The notes beneath the pieces were generated by a model. It made no database searches. It was not told the origin of the DNA and saw nothing but the letters and a program-made list of their open reading frames with translations. The position numbers were made by a program, and so were the translations under genes. Below, in pieces: positions 1 through 12,264 of a stretch of DNA of 64,000 bases (position 1 is its first letter; each line of letters starts with the position of its first letter). The stretch is taken from NCBI GenBank assembly GCA_013265495.1, contig MU058475.1, positions 248,001 to 312,000 on the forward strand, given 5' to 3'. This stretch comes from Vicugna vicugna. Lineage: Eukaryota.

Positions 1-1399
1 CAGCAGACAGTGCCTGGCCAGATGCCACAGAGGTGAAGAGCCCGGGAGGAAACAGGGAGACCATGCAAGTGAGCGCACAGGACGCGGCCACTGCGGCCAC
101 TTTCAAGACAGATGATGGCCCCTATGTGTGCAGACGTGGGTGCCCGTAGCACTCGGCTCAGATGTCCCTGGCCGTGCAGCGTGTGCTGGTGTCTTCCCCA
201 CCCTCTGAGCCTCTATCCCAGATTAAATGAGACAGACAGTCCTTTTCCCAACTTTCAAATCCCATCCCTCTGTCTCTCAAGTCTATTACTTCCCTTACTG
301 TTTACAGACGTACAAAGAACACCGTCAATCTAAAAAATTTGCATGTTGATCCTGTAATTCTCCTGAATTACCCCAGGCCCGTCTCTTGACTGCCACCTAG
401 ATATAAGGCATTGTCTACATTCCTTGTTCCTACTTGCCACGCTTTACCTTGGTGTCCTCCCCAAACAAGCTGCCCTCGGAAAGACCCTGGGGTCCATGTG
501 AACCACCCAGCTTCACAGCTGTCGGGTTTGTCCACGGTCTTCCTCGTCTCTAGGTACCTTTGGCTTTTCTGACTCTTCTAGCACCAGGGTCCCGGGTGTC
601 CCTGGTGCCCCTAGTGCCCCCAGGAGTTGGTTCCTGACAGTCCTCTCCCGACCTGCCTCCTCTCCATCCCTTCCACCCCTCTGACATCACCAGCTGGCTC
701 TGAGCAAGTCCCTGTCAAGCTTCCCAATTTCTTCTTGAATTGCTTTGTCTCTCGAGTTGACCCCTGGGGAGGACAGGATTGATTTCTCAGTTGGCCATCA
801 CCTGGTTCTGTGTCCCTGCACCAGCCCCTGTCTTCCTTTCTCTTGCTGCCTCTGGTCAACCATCCCATATATTGTCTCTAAATAGCCCTAATGGTTGCAC
901 CTCACTTTAAAAACCTTCAAGGACCCGTTTTTCCCCTCTAAAAACAACCCCCTTATCCTGGCACTGTAGGTAAAGGCAGGGATGGGGAAAGCATCCGTTG
1001 AGCTCTGGAAAGTTGAAAACTCTATGCCAAATGCTGTTTCTCCAAGTCTCCTTGTGCTGGGCACATGGAGAGGGGTCAGATGTAAGTCAGAGCTCCAGGA
1101 AACTCAAGCCATGAATGACTGACTTTTCACACCACACTGGTTGTTTTCAAGTGTTTCTCCCCCTCTTTTAACAGTTAATGATATTCCAAAGCAAAATCTG
1201 ATGTAGAACATTAAGAGTTAGAACTGATGAAAACAGGGCTACCATAATTGAAATATCTGGTCACCTGTCACAGCCTGCTCTGCCCTCCCTCCCCTTCCTC
1301 ATCCCTGCTTCTTCTGGTCTCTACCCTCCTCCTGCAGCTCTGCCTCCTTCCCCCAGCCCCCTCCCTCCCTGCCCTGCTGGACCACCAGGGGCTCCTTTT

Positions 1400-1690
1400 C
1401 TGTCAGAGCTTTACTTGAAAGTCTCTTCCTCCAGGAAGCCTTCCCTAGAAACCCAGACAGCCTCCCTGCTCTGATGGTCCCTCCCCTTCCCTGCTTTATT
1501 ACTTTTTCCTTGGGATTTATTACTCTCAGTTTATATGTATTTTACTTATTAATTTTGTCTGGTGTCCTCTCTCCCAGAAGTTAAACTCCACGCAAATGGG
1601 GGTTGTGCTGTCTCAGCACCAGGAAGAGCACCTGCACACAGTAGGCGCTCAGTTCATATTTGTGAATATGTCTTTGTAGAATAAATACTT
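1400..1690 (+). mobile_element. LINE-2 3' end fragment
   Basis: Typical L2 3' motifs ctcctccaggaagccttccct ... gcacacagtaggcgctcagttcatatttgtgaat; boundaries approximate. Confidence 0.7.
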
Positions 1691-3574
1691 GAAAGAGCAA
1701 GCGAGCGGGCCAGTGACATTTTCCATCCGGCGTGCAGCCGGTGGCCTGAACCTAGGGGGTGGCTATTTGCTGCAGGGACGTGTCACTGCAGCGCTATGCA
1801 AATACAGCCTCCTTCCACTTAACGCCCACAGCTTACCTTTCAGAAAAAGCTGGAAATGGGAAGCGAGCATTGTATTCTGTTAGCTTCCTGATTGTCGCAA
1901 TTTCCAGATCCATCATCTCTAATCTGGCACACGGTGGGAGGGCGCCTTCAGCCCCAGAGGCTGACGTTTTTGGAACCCATTCACCGGGCACCTAGTTTGG
2001 GTTGCCGTTCAGACCAGGCAGAAGACAGCTCTGCTGGATTTGAATTCTGATGAGGCTCCTGGCCACACGTTCTGCTGCCGGGGCTGGCTTGAGGGCTCGC
2101 GGTGCTGGAAAGGCAGGGACCGGTGGCTCCCTTGGCAATGAGGGTGTGAAAAGGGAAGGAAATATTCAGAGGAGCTGGGGTGGGTTAAAAGCAGCCAGCC
2201 CATCTGTCTGTCTGTCTGGGGCACCTTGGCGCAGAGTAGGGGCACCCGGCAGACCTAAACGCCCACTTGCCTCTCGGGGGTTCTCTGAGTGGCATTTGGA
2301 TGCCCCCGCTGGCTTTCAGTTGATGGGCTGTCAAAGTGATTAGCGGGCTTGTCCACAGCCAGTGTATTAGCTGTGTGTTCAGCGATGGCTAATGGTTTCC
2401 TCCAGCCCCTTAAATGCAAGCTCATCATAGATGCAGGCATGCAGTCAGGGGGCCTCTCTTTCCCTCCCTAGAGGAGACAAGGGAGAACCTTCTAGTTTCC
2501 TTTCAAGGTCTCCAAAAGGGCATCTGGGGAGCCTTCCTTCAAGGGCATCTGGGGGGCCTTACCACCCAAATCCCAGGTGGTAGGGGGAGGGGGTGGGGTG
2601 GCGGGGGTGTGTTCAGGATAAGAAAAAGAAAAGGTGTGTCTGCTTTGAAACCAAATGTCCTACCTATCTCTGTAAGGCTGAGGGTCTTAATCTGGCCTCC
2701 GGGGGAGCCTCAAACCCGGGGAGACTCCGTGCCTCAGCTTGTCTGGATGTGCTCTTTTCTGCAGAGTGGGCTTCCCTGTATTCTTCCTTAGCCAGGCTCC
2801 CCAGAAAGACAGAGGACGTGTGAGATCTTCCTGTGGGGTATGATCCCGGGAGCAGGCATGAGGGACGGGGGCAGTGATGCAGAGGAGAGAGCACTCCTGT
2901 AAAGGAGGGTGTGTTCTGCCCCTGCCCTCCGGGCTGCACCTGCACTGTTTAGGCTTCAGGTGGACGATGGGCAGGAGGCCTCCATCAAGGAAGCAGTGGG
3001 GCTGGAGGTCAGAATCCACACAGAGCTGGAGCATGAGACAGGCGGGGCCTGGGGTTCTGAGGCTCTGCACTGCAGCAAAGAAGGGGCCTGATTCAGATTC
3101 TTCAACTGCCTGACTAACTTCAGGGCTGCTATGTACGGTTGTACAGTTTGTGCACTGCCCAAGCGCAGATGCCTCCTCATGAGCAGACTCTGCTCTCACT
3201 GCTCACGAGGTTCCTCCCTCCCCACCTGAGCCTGTTTCTTGGAGGCAGATGTTGTTGCCTTGGGTCTCCTGTGCCTGCTCACATGTGAGGATTTGGCCTT
3301 GGGTTCTTCCCTCCCCTTCCTGTGGGCTCCCTCAGCTCCCACACCCTCCTTCCGCCAGGCTGTGCCAGTGTGCCCTGGCGTCAGAGTCCTGGGGCACTGG
3401 GCCATAGGCTTCCTCTGGCAAAGACATCTGGCTTATGGAATCTATGACAGCCTCTGTATTTTTATTTCTAACTTGCAAAACTGTAGATTTGTGCTTTCAT
3501 TCAGCAAATATGTGTTAACTTTGACTCTGTAGCCGGAACCATTTCCCAGTTGTGAGTTTCTGGGGAAGAGACAA

Positions 3575-4045
3575 TTTCCCGAGTTCCGTTTTCTCATCTG
3601 TGACAGGGAGATAATAATTTTTTAGCCTAGAGTGGTCCTGCACCTTAAATAAGATAATGGATTTTAAAGGACATCACCCAGCACCAGCTGGAGAAGGTGT
3701 TCAGCGGGTGTGAACGTTCTTCGCCTGCCAGTCTTCCCTCTCTTTCCCTGAGGGCAACATGATGGCGCGGCCCCCACCAGGGTGCTCGCGGCCAGTCCTG
3801 CCTTCACCCCTGTTCCCGTGTAACCAGCTTTCTGGGGACGGTGCCTCCCTCTCTGCCCTGCAGTGGTGAAAAGCGTGTGTTCTGGAATGACGCTCCAAGG
3901 CTCTGTTTATTGCCCGTGGCTCCTGTGCCTCATTTTCCTTCTAGAACGCACCTCACAGAGTTGTTGGAAGAACTGAGTTAGGTCGCATAAGAACAACACT
4001 TAGAAGAGTGTCCGGCACAGAACCGGCGTTCATGCAAACAGTGGT
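3575..4045 (+). mobile_element. Two degraded MIR fragments (~3575-3710 and ~3925-4045)
   Basis: MIR core-like gttttctcatctgtgacagggagataata and cctcacagagttgttggaaga...cacttagaagagtgtccggcacag. Confidence 0.55.
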
Positions 4046-4209
4046 GTCTCATAATCCTCGTTATTCTACGACCAGTGAGAGAGGAGTGAGTTGAAATCCA
4101 ACCTTGATTAAGAGCCAGCAGTATTTGAAATAACTTGCGTTGGCCCTTGCTGGTGGGTGATTGGAGAAAATCATTGTGGATATGGGAGACAACAGAAAAG
4201 CAAATGCAA

Positions 4210-4335
4210 GGGGGGGAGGGGATAGCTCAGTGGCAGAGTGCGTACTTAGCATGTATGAGGTCCTGGGTTCAATCCCCAGTCCCTCCATCAAATAAATAAA
4301 CAAATAAACCTAATTACCTCCCCTTCCCCCCTCAA
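4210..4335 (+). mobile_element. Camelid tRNA-derived SINE (Vic-1-like)
   Basis: A box tagctcagtgg, B box ggttcaatccc, body tail aaataaacctaattacctcccc shared with the other copies. Confidence 0.9.
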
Positions 4336-4393
4336 AAGAAATTAACACAAAATTGTAAACCAACTATACTTCAATTAAAAAAAAGAACACTCA

Positions 4394-4511
4394 GAGGGGA
4401 GGGTATAGCTCAAGCAGTAGAGTGCATGCCTAGCATGCACAAGGTCCTGGGTTCAATCCCCAGCACCTCCATTAAAAATAAATAAACCTAATTACCTCCC
4501 CCAGAAAAAAA
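4394..4511 (+). mobile_element. Camelid tRNA-derived SINE (Vic-1-like)
   Basis: A/B boxes, poly(A), TSD aaagaacactca (4382-4393) / aaaggacactca (4512-4523). Confidence 0.9.
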
Positions 4512-4863
4512 AAAGGACACTCATTAAAATTTTTGTTGTTGTTGTAAGAGGACCTAGCAGGTCTGGTCCTGTGAGCAGATCAGCTTCCTTGACTGCAGTC
4601 ATCATCAGGGTCCTGAATCAAGGTTCTGGATGTTTCTCTAAGTTCATATCCTGCTGCTGCTGGGTCTTGAGAATAAAATGGCTTTTCTGAACTTTGATCC
4701 TCCGGTTTGAATGTTCTGACTTTGTGCACATCACCTGACTTCTCTCTCTGTTCCATAGTTTTCCTGTGAAGAAAAGTGTGTTAATGATCACACATAGGTG
4801 TTTGTATAGTTGTTTCAGAGATTAAATGTGATGATGTAGGAAAGACTTTTTAGTATATCTTAG

Positions 4864-5369
4864 TGTTACGGAAATGACAGGCCAGCCAAGAAACAAGCAC
4901 CACTCGGAGGGTTGGAGTACTCAGATTTATTACGCTGGCGGGCTCAGAGGAGCTTCTGCTCTGAAGCTCTGAGCACCTCCAAGACGTGCACATGAGGTTT
5001 TATAGGGTTAATTACAAGTATGGGGCTATTAGCCAATAAGGTTCAAACAACAAAAAGCAAGGAATCAGTATACTGGAGCTTATCAATTTGGAACAGATCA
5101 CGTTACTGACACTTGTTGAGCTTNNNNNNNNNNNNNNNNNNNNNNNNNNNNNNNNNNNNNNNNNNNNNNNNNNNNNNNNNNNNNNNNNNNNNNNNNNNNN
5201 NNNNNNNNNNNNNNNNNNNNNNNNNNNNNNNNNNNNNNNNNNNNNNNNNNNNNNNNNNNNNNNNNNNNNTCAGATTTATAGCCCAGCAGAACTCAGATCA
5301 GTAATCCGACACTTGTGACACTTAGATTTGTGACTTAGCTTGTTAGCCCAGCTGGGCTTTTCCTTCACA
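4864..5369 (-). mobile_element. ERV LTR (class I-like), apparently solo, inserted into a MIR and interrupted by an assembly gap
   Basis: TG..CA termini, 4-bp TSD ttag (4860-4863 / 5370-5373), minus-strand AATAAA (4926-4931) and CTATAAAA (~5000). Confidence 0.85.
5124..5269. other. Assembly gap, 146 N
   Basis: Run of N. Confidence 1.
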
Positions 5370-5429
5370 TTAGTACAGTTTCTGGAAGAGAATAAATGCC
5401 ATCATTTCTATTTCAAAAAATTTGCGCTT

Positions 5430-6910
5430 GACTTTTTATTGTAAAAACTTTTTAAATTATAGAAAGATTGAGAATTATAGCCCAATGAATACCCATATAC
5501 TCTGCATCTGGATTAAAAAATTATAAATATTTTGACATATTTGCTTTCTCTATATATAAATATATCAATCTATAGCTATATATATACACAAATAAAATTT
5601 TTGCTAATAAAAAAATAAACAAATGGGACCTAATTAAACTTACAAGATTTTGCACAGCAAAGGAAACCATAAGCAAAACAAAATGACAACCTACAGAATG
5701 GGAGAAAATGCTTGCAAAAGATGAGGCTGATCTCCAGAATATATAAACAGCTCATACAACTTAATAAGAGAAAAACAAACAACCCAAACCAAAAATGGGC
5801 AAAAAGCCTAAACAAGCAATTCTCCAATGAAGCCATAGGAATGGCCAATAGGCATAAGAAAAAATGTTCACTATCACTAATTATCAGAGAAATGCAAATC
5901 AAAACTACAATGAGGTATCACCTCCCACCAGTCAGAATGGCCATCATTCAAAAGTCCACAAACAATAAATGCTGGAGAGGGTGTGGAGAAAAGGCAACCC
6001 TGCTACACTGTTGGTGGGAATGTAGTTTGGTGCAGCCATTGTGGAAAACAGCATGGAGATTCCTCAAAAGACTAAAATAGACTTACCATATGATCTAGCA
6101 GTCCCACTCCTGGGCACATATCCAGAGGGAACCTTAATTCAAAAAGACACCTGCACCCCAATGTTCATAGCAGCACTATTTACAATAGTCAAGACATGGA
6201 AACAATCTAAATGTCCATTGACATATCCAGATGACTGGATAAAGAAGTTGTGGTATATTTATACAATGGAATACTACTCAGCCATAAAAAAGAATAAAAC
6301 AATGCCATTTGTAGTAACATGAATGTCCCTGAGGAATGTCATTCTAAGTGAAGTAAGCCAGAAAGGGAAAGAAAAATATCATATGATATCACTCATATGT
6401 GGAATCTAAAAAAACAGACAAATGAACTTATATATAAAACAGAAACAGACTCACAGACATAGAAAAGAAACTTATGGTTAACTGGGGGGAAGGGCGGGAT
6501 AAGGGATAAATTGGGAGTTTGAGATTTGCAGATACTGACTGGTATGTATAAAGTAGATAAACAAGTTTATACCATACAGCACAGGGAACTATATTCGATA
6601 TCTTGTCATAGCTTATGGTGAAAAAGAATATGAAAATGAATATATGTATATTCACGTACGACTGAAGCAATGTGCTGTACACCAGAAATTGACACAACAG
6701 TGTACACTGAGTATACATTTTTGCTAATATAGTGTAAAAGGAAGTTGCTGACATCAGGATGTTTCACTGCTAACAACTTTATCCTACTCCAATAATGACA
6801 TTCTCCTACATAAACACAATGCCCTTATCACATCTAAGAAAATTCAGAATAATTCCATACAATCTTTTATTGTCCAGTCTATAGCTAAATTTTTCCACTT
6901 GTCCCAAGAA
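5430..6910 (-). mobile_element. Old L1M (L1MC/ME-like) 3' fragment, split by the younger L1 at 5610-6716
   Basis: Old-L1 3' UTR-like text on both sides of the insertion (aatgaatacccatatac..., gacattctcctacataaacacaat). Confidence 0.55.
5610..6716 (+). mobile_element. 5'-truncated LINE-1 (disrupted ORF2 C-terminus plus 3' UTR)
   Basis: ORF2 motifs [51 protein letters not shown]; perfect 13-bp TSD atttttgctaata (5597-5609 / 6717-6729). Confidence 0.95.
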
Positions 6911-7104
6911 GAGTATTTGATGATGCCACATTATCAACCCAAGGATTACAAAGGAGTAAAGTGCAAAGAGGGAGGAAGGTATCTTTATCATAGAGACATC
7001 TGGCCAAGTTAACATGATAGCATATACCATACACTCCTTATACACCATCACCTGAGAGATACAGCTGCCCAAATTCTCACCTGTAGCCTAATCAAGCCTT
7101 TAGA

Positions 7105-7310
7105 CCTGCACTGTTCAATATGGTAGCCACTAGCCAGTCATAGGTGCTGGTGAGTGCTTGAGAAGTGCCGTAAATATAAAATATATTCCAAGTTTTGAAG
7201 ACTGAGGTTGAAGAAGTAATATAAAATATTTCATTAATAACTAAAACATTAAGTATTGAAATGATAAGTTTTAGATACAGTGAGCTGAAGTATGTTATTA
7301 ACATTAACAA
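7105..7310 (+). mobile_element. MER33/MER3-like hAT-Charlie non-autonomous element
   Basis: Starts ctgcactgttcaatatggtagccactagcca, followed by the AT-rich body recalled for MER33. Confidence 0.7.
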
Positions 7311-8556
7311 TCACTTGTTCTAGGTGAGGACACTATGGAGATAAAACAAGAATTCTTGAATCTGAATTGGATCTCCCAACATAGGTGACCCAACAGCACC
7401 CCGCTCCCATCACCAAACAAAAAGTCATGAGACATTCTTAGAAATGGTCATTATTAAAGATCAGCCAGACCTAAACATTGAAGGGCGTTCTCTGTATTTG
7501 GCGAGGACAATTCAGGTCGCTTAAGAAGGGTTTTTTTATTAGATGTGGTTCTTGTGGAGATTTCCTTTGGAGATTAGGGTGCTAATATTTTAAGATATTG
7601 AGGTTGAAGAAACTCTAGGTGATCAGACAAGATCCATTCCATCCTTTCGGACAGAGCGTCCCAAGGAAAAGGAAGTTTATGTTGAGAGATCACCTTGCTT
7701 GAAGTTGGGGTTTGGTGGGGTTTCGTTTTGGACACTGAAACTGCTCTCGAAAGTATCAGATGGAAGTTGGGGTTTATTACAGAAGCAGCAAAATAAAATA
7801 CAGAATGAAATTTAAAACAATCCTTGACCTTCTTAGCCATTATTCTCTTTATGGTCCTCGCCCTTGGGTCATAGACTTAAATTGATATCCTTAGTTCCAG
7901 GCAATGAAAGGTATTTTGACACAGAAAGAGAAAAGACATTTTGGGTTCCTGAAGTGGACACCATCCTGCTGGAATCAGAATATCGTCTGAGGTGACTGGA
8001 GGTTGTGGATTTCACAGCCATTTCATTTGCTACCTCTTTGGACCAATTCACTTTCTGGGAGCTCTGAAATTGTTTCTGCTCTATTTCGTTTTAGAAACAG
8101 CTAAACACCAACTGATTGAGATGAATTTTATGCTAGCTCTGGGCTTTTCTTCATCCAAATTACACATTTATCGAGAATAGCTATGTCTATAATTTTCACT
8201 GAAAATGAAAAGATCGCTTAAGCAAACTGATAGGCAGGGTGCTGTGTATCTTAGATTATATTTACAATGTATTTCTGATTGGGGTGTTCTCTTTCTTTTT
8301 TGTAAAGTTTTGTTATTTTGTTTCCATTGTAGCTGTTGGCAAGAAATGCGCCCCTTTTTTTCTCCCATGATAGATGAATCCCAAATCAGTGATGTTAAAT
8401 CAGAAATACTAGAATGGTCTAATTTTTCAGTGCCAGGGAAATAGCATTTGGGGATTTCTGTGCCTTTTTGTCCTGAGAGTTTCTGTGATTCCTGGTGACC
8501 GCAGAGCATCTGTGTCCCATCTGGATGACTATGGGGACAGGTTCTGCCCTCTTGTT

Positions 8557-8570
8557 GCGCCCTCTAGTTG
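8557..8570 (-). promoter_or_regulatory. Candidate CTCF site
   Basis: Minus strand CAACTAGAGGGCGC vs core CCASYAGRKGGCRS, 13/14 match, in non-repeat DNA. Confidence 0.5.
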
Positions 8571-9427
8571 GCAGGCGGTCATTCTGGTGTAAACGCGCAT
8601 GTTTAAGCTGTGAGGCTATTGGGCTAACTTCTGTTGTCTGGAGACATGCGGTGATAGAAATGCCCGGGAGTCCTAGTGGGCTCCCTGAATGGGCAGGGCT
8701 CCCGGGGGAGGGGGAAACGGCTAACCCAGGGTCCCTGTGTTCCGGCTGGCATTGACGTACTAGTTGGGAAATGTCACCGTATCAGTGAGCCCAGCATCTG
8801 CGAAGTTCTCAGAGCAAACTCACAATGTTATGATCCCCAAACTTGAAAGAGGTTTACAGGGGACAAGACTATTGACAATGACTCCGTGTTTGACCTATTA
8901 AAGAAGGCACCAAGCCCCGCCCAGGTGCAGAGTCCTTGGGAAGTTGATTCTCATTAGGGGTTTGTGTGGTGAGGATGATTGTGTAAAGGAGGCTGCAAGG
9001 TCCTGAAGACGCTTCCCTCGGGTCTTTCCACATCATCGCTCTGAGCTTCCAATGCTGACAATGCCGATCCCTGGCAGTGCTCCCACGTGGCTTTCTAACC
9101 CAGGCTCTGCACTCTCCTTCCTCTGATTACAGAGTGGTTCTGTGTGCTTCTCCCTCCTCTTCCCCCTGCTGTGACATCCTCGTCTGGTGAAGTCCGTGGG
9201 TCCACCAAAGCTATGCTCATTTACCCCGGTGTGTTAGCTGCAGCTCTGGACCTTGCTCTTCACTCAGAGTTGCGTTGAAATGAAAGACAATAAAGGAGAT
9301 GTAACCCCCCAAAAAAAGTCTCTGCCCTCATGGAGCTTACTTTCTCACTAGTAAGGGAGTCAGAGAAATGAACAATTCTTAAATTTTTAAAAATTTACTT
9401 TTAAAAAGTTTGAATTTTAATAAAATA

Positions 9428-9510
9428 TTTTTTAATGGAAGTACTGGGGATTGAACCCAGGACCTCCTGTATGCTAAGCATACACTCTACCACTGAGCAC
9501 TACCCCCCCA
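9428..9510 (-). mobile_element. Camelid tRNA-derived SINE (short form)
   Basis: ggggattgaacccaggacc...ctctaccactgagc. Confidence 0.85.
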
Positions 9511-9660
9511 GCTCCTCCCCAAATTCTGAATCATTGATCCTCTATTTCCTAGATCTCATCTTGTCACTGTTTTTCTCCAGCAACATATAAAAAATTAGTC
9601 TCTTATTTTCTTGGTTGCAATCACATTATATCACAACTCCCTAGTTCTATCCCCCATATC

Positions 9661-9770
9661 TTTTTTTTTAAAATTGAAGTGCTTACAATGTGTCAATCTC
9701 TGGTGCACAGAACAATGTCCCAGTCATGCATATACATACATATAATTGTTCTCATATTTTTTTCATTAAT
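9661..9770 (-). mobile_element. ~110-bp LINE-1 3'-terminal fragment
   Basis: poly(T) then attgaagt..tacaatgtgtcaat; degenerate TSD atcccccatatctt / atacctcatatctt. Confidence 0.85.
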
Positions 9771-9949
9771 ATACCTCATATCTTGATTCTACTTAAGAGT
9801 TTCAAATCTCCTCATCCTTACATGTATAGGCAACCTTTTGGGTGATTCCTACAGGTGTGGTCTTTTAGTGTATCTTAGTATTAATTTTTTTCCCAGAACG
9901 AACCCTTATTTCCAGGTTTTGGGGGGCATTTACTTCTGTGTCTAAATGA

Positions 9950-10098
9950 CATTCATTCCTTCAAAAGAATGCATTCATTCTTCTAACAAATACTTCTTGA
10001 GCAGCAATTATGCACTGTACTGTTCCAAGTGCTGGAGGTACAAAAACGAAGCACATAGACAAGTCTGCCCTCACGTAGCTTATGCTCCAGTAGGGTAG
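9950..10098 (-). mobile_element. LINE-2 3' fragment
   Basis: cattcattc..caaatacttcttgagca..tgccctcacgtagcttat. Confidence 0.7.
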
Positions 10099-10102
10099 TG
10101 GG

Positions 10103-11240
10103 CAGTGATGTACCGTTCAGCTCTGATTGCAAAGGCATATGCAAATGAGGCTATACGAGAAAGAAAATATCGTGACCAAATTATTTTAATTCTAGTTAAA
10201 GCTATAACTGAGGAATTTGCCTAAAACCTGCATCCTAACTCAAACATCATTATATACTTTCTTTATTGTATGTTATAGCAATAAAGATGTTTGAAAGGCC
10301 GATTCTAGTCCACAGTTTTCTTAGTGAATTTTTTCTGGTTTCCGCAATTAGTTTCATAAAGACATCAGCCCATTTTTTTCCCATTAAGATTTTTTTTACT
10401 ATATACTTTATTGACCCATTAAGATATACATTCATTTTTTTGCATAGCCCTTGGATCTTAGCCACCATTACATTCAGTCTGTATAATGAAAACCATTTCA
10501 TGAGCAAAAACTATTGCAGATGATTCACAAATGAATTTAATAGTTTTCTTTTATGTTGAAATCCAGGAATACTTTTTGATGAGCCCCATTGTGAATGGTT
10601 CACTTCTTGGCAACAGGCATATTAGTTTTGCATTTTATTCCTGGCTTAAATAGATACATCCGAATATTTTGTCTTCAATTTTGGCTGTATTTTGGCTGAA
10701 TACTACCTGCTGACTTTCAAGTAATATTTTCTTCGACATCTTCATATATTTTGATGTACTTTCTACTAATATGTCTTCTTCACCAGTTCCACCTCATTCC
10801 AACTTCCTTTGGCTCTCATTGCTTTCTTTCAATATTTAATAAAAACTTCATTTATAAGGCACTTTATTTCCATGATAAAGAAGAGAGGGAAATCTGTAAA
10901 ACAAGTTTTTGTCACATGAGCAAAGTTATGCTTTAAAGGGAGCGGCCTCATTTGCTCCTATTTATAATCCAGTTGTGCACACTGGTTGTTGTTTATTACG
11001 TTACTAAAATGCTTCTGTATTTAGAATTAAACAGTAAGAATCACTGTTTTATTTTCAAAACAATTGACACAACACAAAATGGCATTGGCATATAAATTTG
11101 TATTTCACATATTGTTCTTAAAATACTTTTCATAGGACTTTCTTAGAATTTTGCTTATTAACATTTAAAAATAATATTTATGAGATACATTAAAATAATA
11201 TTAAAATGATATTGATCAAAGATAAGGTGACCATCCGTTT
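10103..11240 (-). mobile_element. Decayed hAT-superfamily DNA transposon with transposase C-terminal remnant
   Basis: Minus strand ~10335-10275 reads, allowing two frameshifts, KNSLR-TVD*NR-LSNIFIA, resembling the hAT dimerisation motif (K..LRSTM.Q.RLS.L.I); CAGT terminus-like start at 10103; right boundary uncertain. Confidence 0.5.
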
Positions 11241-11268
11241 GGGTAAGCCTTTCTTAATTCCTTAGTTT

Positions 11269-11384
11269 TTCTTGTGGGGGATAGTTAGATTTATTTATTT
11301 TTGCAGGAGGTCCTGGGGATTGAACCTAGGATGTCATGCATGCTAAGCATGCTCTCTACCACTTGAGCTATTCCCTCCTTCCCA
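11269..11384 (-). mobile_element. Camelid tRNA-derived SINE
   Basis: A/B boxes on the minus strand; TSD cttagttt (11261-11268 / 11385-11392). Confidence 0.9.
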
Positions 11385-12120
11385 CTTAGTTTCTTTATTT
11401 TAACCCCCATCTCTCTCGTGGTTCTGTTTTTAATCAGCAGCGTAGTCTACAGCTACAAGTTCATCCCAGAAATCACAGCTAAGGCTCTCTGTATGACTCC
11501 TATTCAAGTATGCATGTGGGCTTCCCCGAAGGAAGTGCAGTCTGTACACACACACACACAGATGCAGACACCCACACTCAAACACACCCTGGTTCAAATC
11601 AGTTCTTCAGAGAACTGTGAATTGGACCTGCATGGGTTTGGCCTCACAGAGAACTTCTTAAACCCACACGTTCTTTTGCCTAATCCTGACTGCAATTAAA
11701 CATGTGAATTGCAAGTGTATGCGGTATAAAACTTGTCATTAAATTTATTGTATAGATGTGGTCTGGATGTTATTCACAACATTGTGAAGGCCCACGGGTA
11801 AAATTTGCAGTATCAGAAAAACTGGGGCTGTCCTGTATTTGTTTTCATCTTAAGGATATTGTAGCTTTTAAAATTAGCATTCTTCTTTTGCTTTGTCTGC
11901 TAGGGATCTTTAATATTTTTGACTCATTCCTGGCTTCCAATCAGGAGGATATGGAATATAATTCTCGGGGATAATCAGGCTGTTAATTTCTTAATCATGT
12001 TCTTCCTTTACCTTGACCTTTCAACTACTTAGCCTAACGGTTAAGGCCTCAGATCTGACTTGAATTCTAGGTTTACCACTTACTAGCTGTTATCACACTG
12101 TGCAATTAAAGTCTCTCTAA

Positions 12121-12264
12121 GTGGGGAGGGGATAGCTCAGTGGTAGAGTGTATGCTTAGCATGCACAAGGTTCTGGGTTCGGTCCCCACTACCTCCATTA
12201 AAATAAATAATAAATAATAAAAACCTAATTACTCCCCCAAACAAAAGAACAAAAAGAGAAAAAA
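12121..12264 (+). mobile_element. Camelid tRNA-derived SINE inserted in a MIR (~12030-12420)
   Basis: A/B boxes, A-rich tail, TSD taaagtctctctaa (12107-12120) / taaattctctctaa (12265-12278). Confidence 0.9.

Noticed and set aside
1382..1395. CTCF-like ccaccaggggctcc
   Set aside because: One G short, which puts the 3' half of the core out of register.
2516..2607. 25-bp-period tandem duplication and adjacent G-quadruplex-capable run
   Set aside because: Real but common in mammalian DNA; no functional context.
4210..4290. tRNA-Ala-like genes here and at the other SINE heads
   Set aside because: They carry SINE-specific tails, A-rich ends and TSDs and are mutually diverged, so they are SINEs.
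8330..8444. Possible exon CWQEMRPFFSPMIDESQ...
   Set aside because: An acceptor-like site exists, but the peptide is unrecognised and the frame closes quickly.
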